Below, piece by piece: positions 61,385 through 64,000 of a stretch of 64,000 bases of DNA. Position numbers and translations under genes: made by a program. Each line of letters starts with the position of its first letter. The first letter of the stretch is position 1. Origin of the DNA: Podarcis gaigeae (lineage: Eukaryota); the NCBI GenBank assembly GCA_964106915.2, contig OZ066927.1. The stretch is one strand, 5' to 3'. Below the pieces are notes generated by a model. It did no database searches. It had not been told where the DNA came from and saw only the letters and a list, made by a program, of their open reading frames with translations.

Positions 61385-62034
61385 GGAAACTAAAGGGATG
61401 ACAAACTAGCAACGTTTTGAAGCATCCTGTTCCTCTGCTAGTTGTATTTTTCCATATTCTGACTGCTGCCACTATCCAGAATATGAAACAAAATACTAAA
61501 TGCAGCTCATCCCTCTAAACTTGGAAGAAGAACATTGTACCTTGGTTGCCAAGCCCAATTTAACATGCTAGGTGGTTATTATTCACTGTGCTTTGGTGAG
61601 AGTTGTACACCTTGTGGTTTTAGAGCTATTTCGTCTATTAGTAGCACTGTATTAAGACCGTCGTAATCGTCACCAATAGCAAGTCATTTAACTTGTAACT
61701 GAGGTTCTTTGAGTGGCCACTTGTGTAGACACACATATGGGTACAGAACCAATATGTGTGACAACACCTCCACACAGGAGGGAAAACTAGATCCAAAGTT
61801 ATGTGCCAAAATAAATAGGCAGTGTGGTGAAGACTGTAAACCCAACCAAATCCTACCTATGCTGATCCCCAAACATCTACAAAATGGGAATAAGGCTGGC
61901 CTATGTTATCTTTTTTAAAAAAAGAGAGATAATAAATTATTAGAAAGTCCTGTACAAGTGCTAAATAGTATTCTTTGTCATTATGTAATGATAGTAATAG
62001 TTCAATTTTCTCTGTCCATGTTAGCCTCCCTTAC

Positions 62035-62217
62035 CTGAATGTCCATTATTGGTCAAAATAAACTCCTCAGTGGGGGAGACATTGTAGCCTTCCAGTTCTA
62101 TGGGCAGAAGAGTTGAATCATACTGGAGAACATCATTGTGAAAATCAATTGGAGACTGGAATACTCCTCCACAAAAGGGGAACATCTTGGGCCACACTCG
62201 CTCCCCATCAGAAGAAC
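62035..62217 (-). CDS. CA12: CA12 exon 3 ([61 protein letters not shown])
   Basis: QSPID and NNGHS (His64), disulfide Cys; gtaag donor; acceptor is ctgAG (GAG); 183 nt, phase 1-1. Confidence 0.93.
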
Positions 62218-62559
62218 CTCAGGGAGACAATAAAGGAATCCAGATTCGAAACACAGGAAGATGCATGGCACAGAGTCAGACCATTGGCCTGTCTCGCCCA
62301 GTAGCCTTCAGCCCCTACAGACATTCGAGAAATACCTTGAACTCAAACATCCATTTAGGGACCCATTTGGAAAACTATTGTAAGCAAGTGAAAAGGCTAG
62401 CAGGATTATTGTAAATTCAACAGTATAATTTAGATTAAGATATAATGGGAAGGGGGAAACTAGATGGAAGAAATAGAATATGCAGCTAATTTTGAAAGTA
62501 CAATGACCCATCGGAGGAGGAGAAGGCAAGTCGTTGGATGTATTGTTTTATATTTACCA

Positions 62560-62727
62560 GAAGCCAGAACAACAAGAGGGATTGCTGCACAGCGAAAGCA
62601 GCGATCCCTCTTGCTGTTCTGGCTCCTGGGATAGCTGCGCAGCCTGCATTCGTTCCATAAGACGCACACACATTTCCCCTTACTTTTTAGGAGGGAAAAA
62701 GTGAGTCTTATAGAGCAAAAAATACGG
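62560..62727. mobile_element. Partial Tigger/pogo-like element (same family as 24697-25380)
   Basis: CCATAAGACGCACAC..CCCCTTACTTTTTAGGAGG..GAGCAAAAAATACGG|TA. Confidence 0.75.
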
Positions 62728-64000
62728 TAATTGTGGAAAATGTGTACCTGAAAATTTGTTTGTTTTTTTAAAGAACCTTGGACATGTAAATAAGCAGGTA
62801 TATGTTGTCCTGGGAACTATACAGACAATTGCTTCTTGAGACAAGCCTTATGGCCTGCCCAGTGTTACGCTCATTCCATGCCTTGAAAGGGTTTGAGCGG
62901 TTTCCCACCACTTCTCCCCCACTTTCTAAGAACAGGTCTGAGTGGTTTTGCCCTGCAGCTTTCCCTTGAAAACCCCACTCTTTACTGCTGAATCGGAACA
63001 ACCAGCAATCCGCAGAAAACCTAATTGCCATTTGTTCCAATTCAGTGGTAAAGAGTGGGTTTTCCGGGGCGGTGGGAAGTAGCGGGCCAGATGGATGAGT
63101 CCTTATTTGGATTAGGAGCAGGGAGAACCTAGGTTCAAATCACTGTTAAGTCATCAAACTTACTTTGTGACTTGTGCCCCTCTCTCTCTCTAAACCTGGC
63201 CCCTGGCCCACCTAGTGGAGTTGTGAGGATAAAAGTGGAATTGTGAGAATAAAAGCTCCTTGAAAGATAAACACTTATTGGCAACAACTCCCTCTCCTCT
63301 CTTTGCCTTGCCAGCAGAACAGAATTGTCTCTTGCTGCGCCCTCTGCTCCAAAGACCACCACAACCTTGCCCTGACCTGTTAGAATCACATCCTGTAGAC
63401 GAAACACCTTTCAACAGCAATGTTATATACCTGAGGTGCCTGTGTGTGCACGTACACACAATTTCTACGCCTTTAGAAACAGTGGAATGGGTTTAAATGT
63501 GCAAAGGTCTCCTGCAAGCTTCCTACATGGAGGGCAGGACCTGGGGTGGGGGGAGCTCCTTATCTGACTCAGATAAATGGAAATGTCCTGCAGTAATAAG
63601 GAAAAGGAATTGAGAGCTGATGATTGCTAAAGTAGGACTGGGAAACTCTTGAAGGAGAGAAACAAGCAGCTTCAGCAAGTCATAACTCTACACAAAGATG
63701 AACTGTGTGGGGCTGGGCAGCGGAGACAGCAAACACTCTGCATCATTTCCCATGTGACACAAAGGTCTCTTGAAAAAAACAACAATTCCAAGACAGATTT
63801 CCCCTAGGGGGAAATTGTGCCATGTAGCTATTTCGCTTTGGAGGCTATCTTGAAGCAATGCACCTCCCTAAGTGTGTCTTACAAGGTCAATTTCCCTGTG
63901 GAGAGAGAGTATGATATGGGCATATGTGTTCATGTGTGCTTTTAATATCTGCATATTTACAAATATGAAAAGCACAGAGGAACAGCCATGCACTCAGATA

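Noticed and set aside
46744-62217. CA14 or CA9 as the identity of the carbonic anhydrase
   Set aside because: The KGVIYKPA tail, the exon sizes and adjacency to RAB8B all indicate CA12
1-64000. Prokaryotic systems (CRISPR arrays, operons, rRNA or tRNA genes)
   Set aside because: This is spliced vertebrate DNA; tRNA-like stretches (e.g. ~37620-37690) are SINE heads, and most entries in the ORF track are spurious

Overview
Eukaryotic (vertebrate) genomic DNA from a squamate reptile, most likely a lacertid lizard judging by the Sauria SINEs, BovB, a Penelope-type inverted repeat and mariner/hAT MITEs. Two convergent spliced genes are present. RAB8B is on + (exons 2-8 at 22442-31771, ending in CaaX CTLL; positions 1-22441 are intron 1; about 3.8 kb 3'UTR to about 35.6 kb). 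Carbonic anhydrase 12 (CA12) is on - (exons 3-11 at 62217-46744, active-site residues intact, exons 1-2 outside the window). In mammals APH1B (a gamma-secretase subunit) sits between RAB8B and CA12. Here I find no intact APH1B, only a probable decayed, repeat-interrupted exon-5 relic (about 38.9-39.1 kb) followed by solo LTRs, an integrase relic, SINEs and BovB. The predicted CA12 3'UTR carries a young Penelope-type insertion (17-bp TSD) with a perfect 53-bp hairpin and a minimal hammerhead-ribozyme core on the antisense strand. Other oddities are a GC-AG intron and a GAG acceptor in CA12, a diverged CA12 stalk exon, a probable RPL17 retrocopy relic and an NF-kB/IRF-like motif pair near RAB8B exon 2. 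Comparisons to human proteins and cDNAs are from memory, not from database searches.
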